A stretch of 64,000 nt of DNA from Eledone cirrhosa (GCA_964016885.1 OZ024751.1:11532001-11596000); one strand, 5' to 3'. Shown: positions 13,630 to 28,680, numbered from the stretch's first letter. Made by a program: numbers and translations. Notes: a model not told the origin generated them from the letters alone.

Positions 13630-13752
13630 CACTAGACCTTCATCTGAAGATAAAATGAGAAGCACAAGAAATAGAAAAATAGCCGTGAGTAGCAAAAGAA
13701 ATTTAATCAGAAAAAAAATGTATTGGAGAAAAGCACGCCTGCAGTTTGTGAG

Positions 13753-13860
<108 letters not shown>

Positions 13861-13873
13861 ACATATATATAGG

Positions 13874-14030
13874 TAAGTTATTCCTGGTTGAATCGGAGGT
13901 AACCACAGTAAGTAAGGTACGCAATAAATAGCAGAGTATACAAGTTTTAATATAGATGAGATTCTACAGGACTAGAACTGTTTCATTCAAAAGAAATCAT
14001 CATGGCGATTTCTTTTGAATGAAACAGTTC
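13874..14030 (-). mobile_element. PLE-type fragment with decayed HHR and 56-bp fold-back (13975-14030)
   Basis: 24-bp perfect arms; minus strand ATGATGA T TTC tttt GAA T GAAA CAGT TC TAG; related copy at about 51360-51468 (GAAA CAGG TC TAG). Confidence 0.7.
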
Positions 14031-15176
14031 AATTTCTGAAGAAGCATTTTTATATCAAACAGGATATATATGTATGTATATATATATATGTGTGTGTATG
14101 CATGTGTGTTTGTGAGTGTGTGAATGTGTATGTGTCAGTGTGTTTGTGAGAATCTGCGGTTGTCTTATGAATTATATAATTAGTGCTGAGATGAACTTGT
14201 ATGAAATATGAATGCTGTGAAGGAAAGATAGCTCCAGAACTGAATCGTTACATAGGTGAATACAGTGTATGTCTAACGAAGTCATATATATATATATGTG
14301 TGTGTGTATGTGTGTGTGTGTCTGTGTGTGTTGTGTTTGTGTACATATGTGTGTGTATATATATGTTTATATATACATGGAGTCTAGCACATTGTTTTCC
14401 TGGGGGGAGGGGGAGATAGTCAGTTATATCGACTAGTGTACTTCACTCGTACATTCTTTGCGTAATAGACAACCCTTGCAATGCGCTAAATGTATTTGAA
14501 TTGCGACCACCACATTTGTTTTTCAGTATTATCAAACTCTACAATATTTGAAATAACAGTTTCTATTTTTAGTACATAGAATATGGTTTGATGTGATTTG
14601 GTTGCTATTTCTAGCTGAAAGAAATTAAATATAGTTTCCGTTAGTTTCTTCAGTATGTGTGTCTGTGTGTGTGTGAGTAAGTGTCGTATAGTATGTGCAT
14701 GTGTTTATGTTGTATTTTTTGGTGTGTATATTTGTTGAAATAGAAACAGAAAAAACAAATACAAAAAAAAAAAAGCAACAACAACATACATTCTTTCTGG
14801 TTGTCGCTCATATGATTTTCAATCAACGCAGAAAATGTTGGCTGGGCGCCATCTTTGCTTTACTGGTGTTTTCAGCATTACATTTAGTTGTCACCAAACG
14901 TAATTCAATGCTAAACATCTGTCATAACCTAGTGATTTAATTCTCTGAGTGGCTGCACTGGTCGTTCTAATTACAGCTTAGTAATGTAATCAAACCTTTA
15001 CTTATGCCTGCCTCACATAACTAGCGTATAAATACACCTTCTAACTCATAGCTTCGTCCATATGATTCGACTATATGTGAAATAACTTTGCGAATTAATT
15101 CTACCCTAATGACGTTAATTTTGATTTAATTCTATTCTTATTGAAACAAAAATCTTTCCACGATTGTTTGTCGTTT

Positions 15177-15542
15177 TGCTTTTATCTGTATTATAGTATA
15201 TTAGTTTGTACCTTGAATGTTTGATAGAAGAAACAAGGAAACAAATAGAGTAAGTAAACTAAAGAAAAAAATATGGAGTTTATTCAGGAAATAAAACATA
15301 ACCTCATAATCTACGGTCATTATGATTTCAAGCCACTTTCTGAAGTCGTATATATATATATATATATATACGACTTCAGAAAGTGGCTTGAAATCATAAT
15401 GACCGTAGATTATGAGGTTATGTTTTATTTCCTGTATAAACTCCATATTTTTTTCTTTAGTTTACTTACTCTATTTGTTTCCTTGTTTCTTCTATCAAAC
15501 ATTCAAGGTACAAACTAATATACTATAATACAGATAAAAGCA
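15177..15542. repeat. 366-bp palindrome centred on (TA)11
   Basis: Arms match with a single visible mismatch; explains the twin 81-aa ORFs on opposite strands. Confidence 0.95.
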
Positions 15543-15632
15543 TAGATATATATATAATACAGATAAAAACATATATATATATACACACACATGTGTGTGA
15601 ATGTATATAACACACACACACACATATGTATA

Positions 15633-16310
15633 GACTTGGTAAGAGTGATAAATAATGTGTTCCGCATGTGCGATCCAACTGAACTGGAAAGACACATACA
15701 ACACTTCATCATCGCATTGTACAGGAGCAAATCATGGAATAGCATAGATAGGACTAAACATAAGATATGGAAAGCGACTTAATGGTAGAACAACCAGAGA
15801 TACCAAAGTGTCATGCTCGTGGATGCTACTTCTGGACGTGAATTATCTAACCAATTTAGAAAGGCCCTACAAAAGATGCATTTAATTATTAACGTGGTAG
15901 AAAAGCCACGAAATCCCTTATCAGCAACACGTACCCCTTTAAGAAAGCACACTGTACGAATAAGAAATGTGTTATGTTTAGAATGAACCCTCAAATAAAT
16001 TGTAACAGTAAAAACGTAGTCTGTAGCATAAGATGTACAGAGGGTACTTGCAGAAACATGACACCGACATACATAGGTGCGATAGCTCGCAGTATTTCGG
16101 TGATGATAGATCAACACTGGCGTGAACTAAAAGGATAGTGAGATGGTTCGGTACTATATGAACACGCCAGACAGAGTCATGATAATAATATAGACAACAT
16201 AGAAATTAAAATAATGTCTAAACATAGAAATGACTCAACGGGTAGACAAATCAGGGAAGCTACTGATATAGAACTAAGAAAACCGAAGTTGGACAGAAAA
16301 ATGAATGGAT
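15633..16310 (+). pseudogene. Penelope-like element ORF remnant (RT thumb, Cys linker, GIY-YIG endonuclease), probably Neptune-type
   Basis: Manual translation across frameshifts: DLVRVINNVFRMCDPTELERHIQHF..LYRSKSW; VDATSGRELSNQFRKAL..INVVEKP; CTNKKC..NCNSKNVVCSIRCTEGTC..TYIGAIARS..DQH; H..DSTGRQIREATDIELRKPKLDRK. Confidence 0.85.
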
Positions 16311-16573
16311 TAACAACAACAACAACAACCATATACAAACACACAATAGTGACCTAAGATAAATATAGATAGATATTTGCAGGTACAATAACAACAACCA
16401 CACATAAACACACACTACTTCGCAAACTTAGAGTACAAACACACACAGACTCAGACACGAATACACACCAAACAGAAAACAAACACACAAATGCATGGGC
16501 AAACAGAGACAAGAATAAATAAATAAATAAAAATGTAATAGACATTACAATACAACGGAAGGAAAAATAATAG

Positions 16574-16613
16574 TACCACTGATGATGTCACAGGTGTGTG
16601 ATGAAAGAACGTA
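16574..16613 (+). ncRNA. Decayed hammerhead motif downstream of the PLE ORF
   Basis: TACCA CTGATGA T GTCAC aggtgt GTGAT GAAA GAAC; stem II nearly the same as 7233-7277; cleavage site and stem I 3' strand partly deleted. Confidence 0.65.
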
Positions 16614-17766
16614 TTTTCTATCTATCCTTTTAACCGTTGGTCAATCAATGATAAACATTGATTGCCAGCAAAATTAACTATATTGATATAAAACATACAC
16701 AAGCGAAAACCAATCCAATCCAAGCCAAACAGTGAGTGTGTTTTATTATTTTTTCTGGCAATATTATAAGAATATAACCTCTCTCAAATATAACAATATT
16801 TGTTTCAAGACACGATTTCATATCAAAGACCTTGCAAAGCAAATATATATATATACTGGATATTATTCGACCAAACATAGCAGCAACTAAAATGCATTGA
16901 TACATAGGTATTTACATACACACAAACATACATACATACACATATACATTCATGTATGCATATATATATATATATATATCAGTCACAACATTTTTTCCTG
17001 AGTTCAGTTTTTTTCGTTGCTATGGCAATGCGGCCAGACTGTCGGTCGCTATATTTGATTTTCAAAGCTGTCTAAACGTATTATTATAACACTGGCGTAA
17101 TATTCCCCATCGAGTGCTAAGCTGCATTCCGAATCTGAATTCGTTAGCTTGGCCGCCGCCAAAAGCTTCGTTGATGCTGTACTAAAATTTGTATTTATAT
17201 GTGTATATATATACATCTATGTATATATGTATGTATGTATGTTTGTATGTATGCATGCATGTATTTATGAATCAATGTATTTTAGTTGTTGCTATATTTT
17301 GTCGAAGAAAATACAGTATATTTTGGCAAAAAGACGACCATGTTGAAGCCAAAATTTAAAGACCATTGTAGTTTAAGAGCTTCGATGTTGGTGGAATCTA
17401 AATTCATATTAAATAGCCATATAATAGATTTTGAACGATGATCTATCAATTTTACAAATCCCACTAATGGCGGGAAAAAAAGGAAGAGAAACTATATTAA
17501 TTAGTTAGCACCAGAAAGAGATTCAAACAATCTGTTGAAACGAGACCATGAGACTGTCCCATCTTTCTTTCTCGCAATAAATATATGGGATTCTGCTTCA
17601 CAAAATAGAAACTGCAGCATTTTACTGAGAAATACAATATATTTTCAAGACATCATCATTGTAACACATCGTCAGTTCCTCCGGTATTACATAACAACGT
17701 ATCAGTTTCTATGCGGCACATTTCTCTTCATGCACTCTCACATACACACACATGCACAGATACACA

Positions 17767-17844
<78 letters not shown>

Positions 17845-17988
17845 ACCTGCAGAAAAGAAAGCATAAGAGAGTATAAATATATATATATATATATATGTAC
17901 ATATATATATATATATATGTGTGTACATATATATATATATGGATAAATATATATATATACATATATATATACATACATATATACATAC

Positions 17989-18031
<43 letters not shown>

Positions 18032-18199
18032 CCGACAAACACCAACACAAGTACAAGCACACGCGCACACACACACAGACACACACTCACACACACACAT
18101 TGTGTAAGTTCTCAAATTTCTCGTCTGGGCGTACTTTGTTATTATATCGCTGTCTAACGTATGTTTTTTTTTTTTGTTATTCTTTTACCAGTTTCGTTG

Positions 18200-18252
<53 letters not shown>

Positions 18253-18334
18253 GGGGGCGTGTGTGTGTGCGTGTGTGTTTGTGTATTTATATCTGTATAT
18301 ATATATATTTATACACATTTATACATATATATAT

Positions 18335-18399
<65 letters not shown>

Positions 18400-19369
18400 T
18401 TGTGTACTTACAAATGTATGCTTATTTATATAAACATATGCTGTACGGTGTGTGTTACGTTTTGCTCTTCCCTAATTCTAATTTTGACATGATAACGACA
18501 TTCTCTAGTGTTTAAATGTTATACCCTTGAAATAGATGTCTGTAATAATGACATAGTCTGCATTTCAATGCCATGTGTTAGTGGAATTCTGCAAAAGGAC
18601 TTGACAAATAAGAACATCATACGAGAAACAATATTTTTTTTTTACTTAACTAACTTTGTAATTATAGTAGAATGTTGGACTATTTAAGTTATTTTATAAA
18701 CAATCTTCAGCCTTGTTATCATGCCTGCTTTGTTGACGTTGGCACTTTTGCTGATAAATTATGCAGAGTTATCTCTACTTGTGAGATTGCATGGCATTTG
18801 CAGTTACGTCGTTCTATCTGACAATGAGATACTGCTCTAAATTATCAGTAAAATCTATTATATATATATATACGTATATATTAAAAGAAAGAGTAAATTA
18901 AAAACAAGCGTTCGTTTCTGATAATTAGCGAGCACCCTAGAGACCCTGGAATATTTCACGGTTACTTGCCGTCATCAGCAAAGCATTGTTTTTGTTTTGT
19001 TTTTCGTACTTGCCACATTGGTATACATTGAGTCAATATACAGAGGTTCTATTATATAAATGAGTTGAGATAACATAACATAAGGAATGAGGGATCTTAC
19101 TCATATACGAAATTGACATGAGAAACATAGTTATGTATTTGAGGAACTGAATCACAACGAGACGGCATTTATGAGGTCTAGTGGCCCGCAAGAAAGAGGA
19201 GTGAAACATCAGACGCAACGTAATGTGCAGTGTGAAATGTATGAGAGATGAACTTGAAAGCACACCAGTATGGTCACAGACATTGAGAGTTTAGACAAAA
19301 GGTTTGCTTAACTGGTGTTTCTTCCTGCTTAAACAACAATTTCAAACAACAATAAATCATCTCACCTCA

Positions 19370-19463
<94 letters not shown>

Positions 19464-19728
19464 TTAGTCTTATACTCATTGGCTAACGTAATACGTACGT
19501 GTATTATTTTTCGATCTTTTTTCATATATTCCGCTTCTCCCACTCTTTATCTTTCTATTTCATCTTCTATTTCTCATTTTATGTTTTGATAATGGATTGG
19601 TGTCCGAAACATTAAGGTTCTTTTCGTCTCATTTCAAGCGTTAAACTAATATGTTTCTTCATTGTACTGCGTCCTTGGCTTTGCTATTTTGGTTTACTTG
19701 TTACACACGCACACACCACACATAGATA

Positions 19729-19767
<39 letters not shown>

Positions 19768-19780
19768 ATACAGATACACA

Positions 19781-19846
<66 letters not shown>

Positions 19847-20557
19847 GATACACACGCATATATATAGATGTATATGTATATGTTTATTTGTATTTCAACA
19901 GATCAAATCTTTATAACTTTGTCTTCTTCATCATCATCTTCTTCAATTTATCATCAATATAATCATCATCATCATCATCATCATCATCATTATCAGAATC
20001 ACCACTATCACCAGCACCACCACTATCATCTTCATTATCACGGTCCCTGTCATCCTCCACCTCCGCCCCCTCCTTCTGCTCATCATCATCATCATCATCA
20101 ATGCCACATTCTACTTCTAGCTATCTTGTACCTTCATTATCTCAATTCTAAAGAGCTAAAATGGATATAAATATATCGATAAATTTCTACTTTCTTTTAG
20201 ATACAAGATTCCTATGTAATTTTATATACAGAAATATTCAGCAAATATATAAACACAGCCCCGTCCACTGACTAATACCCAACAACCAACGCATTTTATT
20301 TACACATTTGTATATACACACTCACCCCCTTCATATATATGTATTTATTTACACACACACGCACACACATATATATATATGCATACACACGCACAAACAT
20401 ATATATATATATATTTATGCTTATACATATGAATATATATATATATGTATATATTTATATATATATGTATGTATTTACAAATATATTTGTGTGTACATTT
20501 TGAAAAAATATATTTACACATTTCGTATTTATATATATATAATACGTAATATATGTT

Positions 20558-20663
<106 letters not shown>

Positions 20664-21061
20664 CGTGTGTGTGTGTGTATGTATATATATATGTGGTGTT
20701 TGTTTGTGTGTGTGTGTGCTCGTATGTGTCTGCTAGTATGTTTCTGCTCACTTGTGTGTGTATGTCTATGTATGTCTATGTGTATAGTTACGTGTCATAT
20801 AACTGTGTACACAACATTGTTTTTATGATGCCATGCGTTCGTTTAATTGCACCAGAAGTATAATTACATATTCCTATAATCTCAGCTACATTAAAAATCC
20901 ACATATAAATACATATAAAACTATAATATTGTATTCAAATAATTCTGTCCATTTGCTTATATTCTTATTGTATTCAATACACACTAAGCAAGAGTATTTA
21001 CGCATGCGCCTACAATATAATTCATCTTTTATATCTCTATATGTGTTTCTTTAGATGGCTT

Positions 21062-21103
<42 letters not shown>

Positions 21104-21303
21104 TATATGTATCAGCCCTTTTGAAAAAAACATTAATGATTACTTCTCTAAAGTTTCTGAAAGTTTCTTAATATTTCTGTCAGATAGCGCGTGAAAATAT
21201 TCGCCTAATGTACATACATATACGCACACAAACACACATATAAACAAAATAACATATACACATATACGCCCATAAACACACATACACACACACAAACACA
21301 CAT

Positions 21304-21340
<37 letters not shown>

Positions 21341-21440
21341 AGATATCAATATTTGCTGAGTGGACAAATCGAAAAGAATGAATTACGTGTTCGTGGGTGT
21401 ACACACGGACACACATACACACACATACACACATACATAC

Positions 21441-21474
<34 letters not shown>

Positions 21475-21642
21475 GTGTGTGTGTGTGGATGTGTGTCTGT
21501 GTGTGTGTCTGAGTGTGTATTTATATGTAAATATATATATATATATGACACACAACACATACACATATTTATATAAACACATCTACACACACATAAATAT
21601 ATATATATAAATATACATACACATGCATATGTATGTATACAT

Positions 21643-21704
<62 letters not shown>

Positions 21705-22125
21705 GTTTGTGCGCGTATGTGTATAGTTTGGGGATATGAATTAAATAGTACAGTCGCACACTGGTTTTGTTTTCTACGCTCCTCTTGTCAACAACGTTGC
21801 CACATTAAAACTTTTTGCAACGCTAATTCCAGTCTCTTATGTTCTCTTTGGAAGAATAGTGTGGAAATTAGCAGAAGGCATCTGGTGATAGCTTTTGTTG
21901 AACATAGAATGGTGAACAACTGAAATGAATTGATCGAGATTCACAGCCCAATAAACGTTTTCAATTTTTATTAAGAGAACTTCATTTGAAATCCGAGTGA
22001 TACACATTATAATTTCGTGTCTTTTTCTCTCTATTTCTTCTCATTTTTTTTATGTTATTGTTGATAAGAATAAATTAGATGAATTAGATGAAAAAGAATT
22101 AGATAAAAATGAAGTGGTGATATAT

Positions 22126-22166
<41 letters not shown>

Positions 22167-22240
22167 AAATACGAGGAAATAATAGACACAAATATACCTA
22201 TTTATTCTTTATATATATATATGTGTTTAGGTACATCATG

Positions 22241-22300
<60 letters not shown>

Positions 22301-22620
22301 CATATGATAGATAAAAGATGAAAATATATCGCTAATACCTATTATATTTCTTTTTACTGTTGATTATATCAATAAATAATAGTAACACACACACACGTGT
22401 ATATATATATATATATGTATGTATATGATATATAATATATACATTATTTCTTTTATATATTTATTTGTTTATATTCTGTATACTTCTGGTTTCTTCTTGA
22501 TGTATTTTTTGTGTGAATTAATTCTTTGTCCCAAAATGTGAGTCCATATATCTGATTTCATGTGTATATAAATATGTGTATGTATGTGTATAAACATATA
22601 TATCTATATATATATATGTC

Positions 22621-22674
22621 TATATGTATGAATTTATCTATGTATGCAAGAAAGTATGTATGTATGTATATATA

Positions 22675-22762
<88 letters not shown>

Positions 22763-22870
22763 CATACATACTTTCTTGCATACATAGATAAATTCATACA
22801 TATATACATATATATATGTAAATATCTATGAATTTATCTATGTATTCAAGAAAGTATGTATGTATATATA

Positions 22871-22932
<62 letters not shown>

Positions 22933-22976
22933 TTTATCTATGTATGCAAGAAAGTATGTATATATATATATATATA

Positions 22977-23008
<32 letters not shown>

Positions 23009-23060
23009 CATACTTTCTTGCATACATAGATAAATTCATACATATATACATATATATATA
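22621..23060. repeat. Five alternating-orientation copies of a ~35-bp unit separated by (TA)n
   Basis: tatgaatttatctatgtatgcaagaaagtatgta in order forward, reverse, forward, forward, reverse. Confidence 0.9.
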
Positions 23061-23096
23061 TACATATATATAGAAATATGTATGTATATAGATTTT

Positions 23097-23112
23097 GAGA
23101 GAGAGAGAGAGA

Positions 23113-23195
<83 letters not shown>
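23097..23195. repeat. (GA)n microsatellite
   Basis: Direct reading. Confidence 0.97.
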
Positions 23196-23198
<3 letters not shown>

Positions 23199-24123
23199 AA
23201 GATAGGTATATGTACATATATATATACGCCATTTCACTTTTTTGTTTTGAATCTTTTCATGAACATCGCTTCCTGTATTTTATATCCATTTTTGAGCTTA
23301 CTCCTCCTCTCGATCTCATATACAATCTCTCTTTCCCTCAGACTATTTAACCGTACGCATATGTCTGTATGTGTGCGTGTGTATGTGTGTGTATCTGTGG
23401 TTTTGGTAGTACTCAGTTGTGTACGTGTACGTTCTTTTTTGTGTGTCTCCGTGTTTCATTCAATCAGCTTTTATATATATATTCCGAATTGTCACATCAC
23501 CTTCAAGCATTACAACTTAGAATATTTAGTTTTATTCCCATCGAACTCCTGTTTCAAATCTTGCCTAATGCAACTTCCTTTTCCTGTCTATCCCTGCATG
23601 CATAGTTTAAGCTTGCCGCGCACATCATTTCAATAAGCCGATTACTTCGAGAGAATTTGAGAGCATGAGTTAGAGAATTAAAGAAAGAAAGGTATAAAGA
23701 GTTGCGAAATACAGTATTGATCATAGTACTGGGTAGTACGTGATTTATCTACCTCAAAATGTTGTGTTGCAAAGTTCATCTCAGCTGTATTTGATCCCAG
23801 ACCCCATAGAGCCTGTAGGACTACAGCAGAATATTCTATACATCGATCTAACGATTCTTCTTATATATTCTCTGATGTCACATAACATTCTCTGTCTATT
23901 TGTTGTAGCTTAATTGCTATAAATTAACGTTTTGGCTCTTGACTCTTACTCTATTGGATAGCGTTCAGCTTGTGTCAGCCATTGTGACCCTGGGTGCACC
24001 GGCAGAACCGTTGGTAGGGGTCGAAGAAACTCTCAAAGTCCACCTTAACGATAGACGACCCTGGAGTTCTAGTCTTTCGTTTGTATTTTTATTTATAAGA
24101 AACAACATTTAAAAAAAGTTTAT

Positions 24124-24170
<47 letters not shown>

Positions 24171-24398
24171 TATATATATAAGAAAATGAGTTTTTTTTTT
24201 CAAAATAGAAAAAAAAGAGATGTCTTACAGAGTGAAAGTATAAGGATCTCGCATCTGCGAGAAAAAACCACAAACCCTCCATCTCAATTCTACTTTTGAA
24301 AAGCATGAGAACTATGAAACCGGTAAAGGAAACAAATAAATATTCTTAAAAAGACTCCAATTGCATTTTGGATTTCACCTTTTTTCCTTATATATATA

Positions 24399-24475
<77 letters not shown>

Positions 24476-25329
24476 ATATATATATATATATAGTGTCCCA
24501 TAAAAAAGTATACACACATTGATTACCTGAAAACGCAATATTTATTTGAATGCACAGCCTTACCAAAATATAAAATGATCTACTGACATAATTCAATTGT
24601 ACGTAAACACCAAAAATGTTTACATAGTTTAAATAATTGACATATTCTGATTTTCTGCTCTCTCTGAAGTTACATGCCGCCAAGGTCAACTTTGCCTTTC
24701 ATCTTTTCTAGGTCGATAAAAAAAGAATCAATCCAATAATGGGGCCGATATTTATCGGCCGATATATTTCTTTCTCATTTCCTCTCTCTCACACTCGCCC
24801 TCTTGGAAGAAATTGAATGAGTTCAAAGCTGTTTAGAGGATGTGTTCCACCAGGTTTAAAGGGAAGTGTGGCTCCATCACGAGTTACGCATCAATCCATA
24901 AATAGATGAATAACCAGTGATACACAAATTAAAGGATATTGATCTTTTGTAATAGAGATACAGTTAATCCATTAGGTTTCCACATAATTTCTTGTTTCAT
25001 ATTTCTAAAAATCATCCACTATTCTGATAAAATACTTTGGCATGAACTAGCCGAGCAGTCGAACTCAATGCCACATGATCACAAACAAAACGTTTTACCT
25101 ACACAGCCGAGTGCTCCATGTAAACACACGCATACAGGCTGCAAGTTTCCAAATATGTATATATATGTATGTATATATTTGTATGTATGTATGTATTTAT
25201 TTATGTATGTATCAATGTATTTATGTACCTTCGTATGTATGTATTTATGTGTGTATATATGTAACGTATACTCTCATCTTGAAATTACGCCTCTCATCCA
25301 TCATCTTTCAAATTGTATTTATACGCGCA

Positions 25330-25386
<57 letters not shown>

Positions 25387-25718
25387 GTATGTAAGTATGC
25401 AGTGTATATATGTATTCAAGTACGTACGAGTATTTTTCATTGTATGAAATGAATGGTTAAATTCATCCTGGTTTGCATGCCTGGTTAACCGAAAGAGATA
25501 TATATTTCTGTAGAAAGAGACGTATCAGCATTGTCATAGCATTTATTGCGATGTATTTCTATAGTAATTAGACCGTACATCCTGTAGAAGCATCTAAGTA
25601 CAATCTTGTCTAATTAAAACTTCTCTCATGTCATAATTGCACCATGGAAGAATTGGAATTCAAATAACGGGATTGGATTTAGAAAAATAAAATAACGAAG
25701 AAAACACTATAAGAATAC

Positions 25719-25719
<1 letters not shown>

Positions 25720-25799
<80 letters not shown>

Positions 25800-25880
25800 T
25801 AACAATAAAAATAATAATAATAATACTAATAATGACAACAACCACAATAAAAAAAAAAATAATAATAATAATAATATTAG
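25720..25880. repeat. (AAT)n microsatellite
   Basis: Direct reading. Confidence 0.95.
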
Positions 25881-26219
25881 CAACAACAAAAATCCTGATA
25901 AATGTTTTCTTCAAATAATAAGACAAATGTATTCTCATTTTACCATTTTTTTTTTTTTTACTTAGAGGAAATTATTTCGGTCTAAATTTTAAAGTTTATA
26001 ATGTTGGAAATATCTTTTTTTTTTATATATATTTAATAGATTGAATATTTCTTCATCTTCTACTCCTTGTCCCTATTTATGCTGTTTATTTATATTTATT
26101 TAATATTTTCTGTTTTAAATGTTGTTTCATTTTCCTTTATAAAATAGATATTCACGCTTGGCCGGCTGCTCAGTTCGCCGATGTCGGTATATAATGCAAT
26201 ATAATATAATATAATTTAA

Positions 26220-26343
<124 letters not shown>

Positions 26344-26701
26344 GCTATATATATATATATATTTACACAGATGTGCATATATATATATATATATATACAT
26401 AATTATATGTGTATGTATACACAAGAAGCAATGAAATATATATTATAGATTAATATTTCAAATCTTCAATTTTCATACTGAATAATACATTGTTCAGTTG
26501 GACGCAATTGGTGTGTGGCACTTCTTGCGAGAGAGAACCTTTAGTGGAAAAGCATCATTGTGCTGAATGATGTATTTTGTGTTACTATCTGTGATGGAAT
26601 ATATGGTAATGAGGTTGTTGATGATGATGTTGTGTATGATAATGATGATGTTGATGATGATGTTGTGTATGATAATGATGATGTTGATGAAGACGATGGT
26701 T

Positions 26702-26737
<36 letters not shown>

Positions 26738-26786
26738 TTGATTATGATGATAATGATTATGATGATGAAGACGATAATTATGGTGA

Positions 26787-26968
26787 TAATAATTGTTTCT
26801 ACTTTTTGGCACAAGGCCAGCAATTATCTCAGTGTGTGACTGGTACTTTATTTTATCGACGCCATAAGGATGAAAGGCGGGATTTGAGCTCAGATCATAA
26901 AGTCCCGTAACTCTATGCTATAAAGCATGGCGTCCGATCCTCTACCGATACTGCCAATCCACGTCCCT
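26787..26968 (-). mobile_element. Main tRNA-derived SINE inserted in a (GAT)n tract
   Basis: Consensus match with a small internal deletion; ttatggtgataataat occurs on both sides (probable TSD). Confidence 0.88.
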
Positions 26969-27219
26969 TATTATGGTGATAATAATGATGATGATGAAAA
27001 TGTTATGAGGTTGATGATGCTGAAGCATGGAACGAACTACTTGTATCAGTTGTTAGCACCCGAAACACTGCATCCTTTAAAACTTCCATGTTTCCTGAAA
27101 TTCGCCAACACCTGGTATCCCACCTCCATACACACGCATACATGTATATCATGACTCATACACTGTTCACTTTCCTGACACTTGTATATCATTCTATGAG
27201 GGTGGTGCATTGGGAGTTT

Positions 27220-27330
27220 CCACCGTCGAGGTTAACTTTGCCTTTCATCCTTACGAGGGTCGATGAAATAAAGTACCAGTAATGCACTGGGGAAATTGCT
27301 GGCCTTGTGCCAAACAGAAAAAATTATTCT
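27220..27330 (+). mobile_element. 5'-truncated main SINE
   Basis: gaggttaactttgcctttcatcc...ccttgtgccaaac. Confidence 0.85.
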
Positions 27331-27414
27331 ATGTAGTATACATGCATCTTTGACGAGTTGTAGTGGACCTGAGCACTGTACACAATAATTTCATTACTAT
27401 CATTATCATTATAA

Positions 27415-27977
27415 TGATGATGATGATGATGTTTTGAGGTTGATGATGATGATGCTGATGATGATGATGCTGTCGATGATAATGATGACGACGATGTTGT
27501 GAAGCTGATTGTATGATGATGATAATCACGATGATGATGGTGATAATGATGACGTTATGAGGTTGATGATAATGATGACGATGATGATGATTATAATGGT
27601 GATGACGATGTTATGAGGTTGATGATGGTGATAATGATGATGTTATGAGGTTGGTGATTATGACGATGATGATGACGACGTCGACGACGACGACGATGAT
27701 GTTGATGATGATGTTAATGATGATGATTATGGTGATAATGAGGATGATGCATATGATGTTGTGAGGTTGCTGAAAATGATTATGATGATGTTGAGGATGT
27801 TGATGATGATGATGATGGTGATGGTGATGATGATGATGATGTTAATGATGATGATTATTGTGATAATGATTTGAGGTTGATGATATGATAATATATTTAA
27901 AAATTGTAATGGCGGTAATGACTAATGATGATAATTATAAAGATGGTTATAATAATGATGGTAATAATAACGATGAC

Positions 27978-28021
<44 letters not shown>

Positions 28022-28207
28022 CGATTATATTGTTGGTTATGGGGATGATTATCATGTTGATGATCATGATGATATATGATGCTCACCCCGACGATGATAA
28101 TATTTATTATGATATGATATAAATGATAAATAATGAGGATGATGACGACTAACGCGAAGAGTTGGTGGATGATGATGAAGATGATGATGATGATGATGAT
28201 GATGATG
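27415..28207. repeat. Degenerate (GAT)n tract
   Basis: Direct reading. Confidence 0.93.
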
Positions 28208-28656
28208 TAGGCATGTACACCTAATTCAAGAAGTTGTCCTTAAATTCTAACAGACGTTGAACATATCTATCAGAGCACTGTATCTTGTACAAGCTCTTCT
28301 TAATGTGTCAATTGTAGCCAATCAATTGTAAGTTAACTTATTAACAAGGTTGAGTGTAGAGAAAGAGATCACAAAATGGCTTCTGCGTTGTTAGTGTGTC
28401 CAAATTCCTGGGAAGCCATATTTGCTAATTTGAAGAGACGGTATAATTGAAAACAAGATGGAAACAAATACCAACACCAAAAACAACCACGTTAGCAACA
28501 CAGCAAAGAAATATAGTTTACAAAACGTAAAATATGTTATTACTAAATAACCACTAATATTTTGTTGTTGATGTTGATATTGTTGTGTTGTTGTTATGTT
28601 CTTGTTATTTCATTGTTAGTACTTTACTTTTATTTTTATTTTGTTGTCTTTCACAG

Positions 28657-28680
28657 ATATTGAGCAACATCACTTTAAAG
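28657..28680 (+). CDS. Candidate 24-nt micro-exon of an unidentified gene
   Basis: Strong acceptor ttttgttgtctttcacag and donor aag|gtgagc; phase 1-1 frame reads xIEQHHFK; no homology recognised. Confidence 0.3.

Noticed and set aside
15201-15518. Twin 81-aa ORFs on opposite strands
   Set aside because: A direct consequence of the palindrome; no protein signal.
17016-17029. RFX X-box-like gttgctatggcaat
   Set aside because: Isolated motif, probably within an old DNA-transposon remnant; no linked promoter evidence.
19270-20215. Additional upstream exons (ending 19301; 20201-20215) for the candidate gene
   Set aside because: Donors are weak, and the 19301 exon phase leads to a stop when joined to the downstream candidates.
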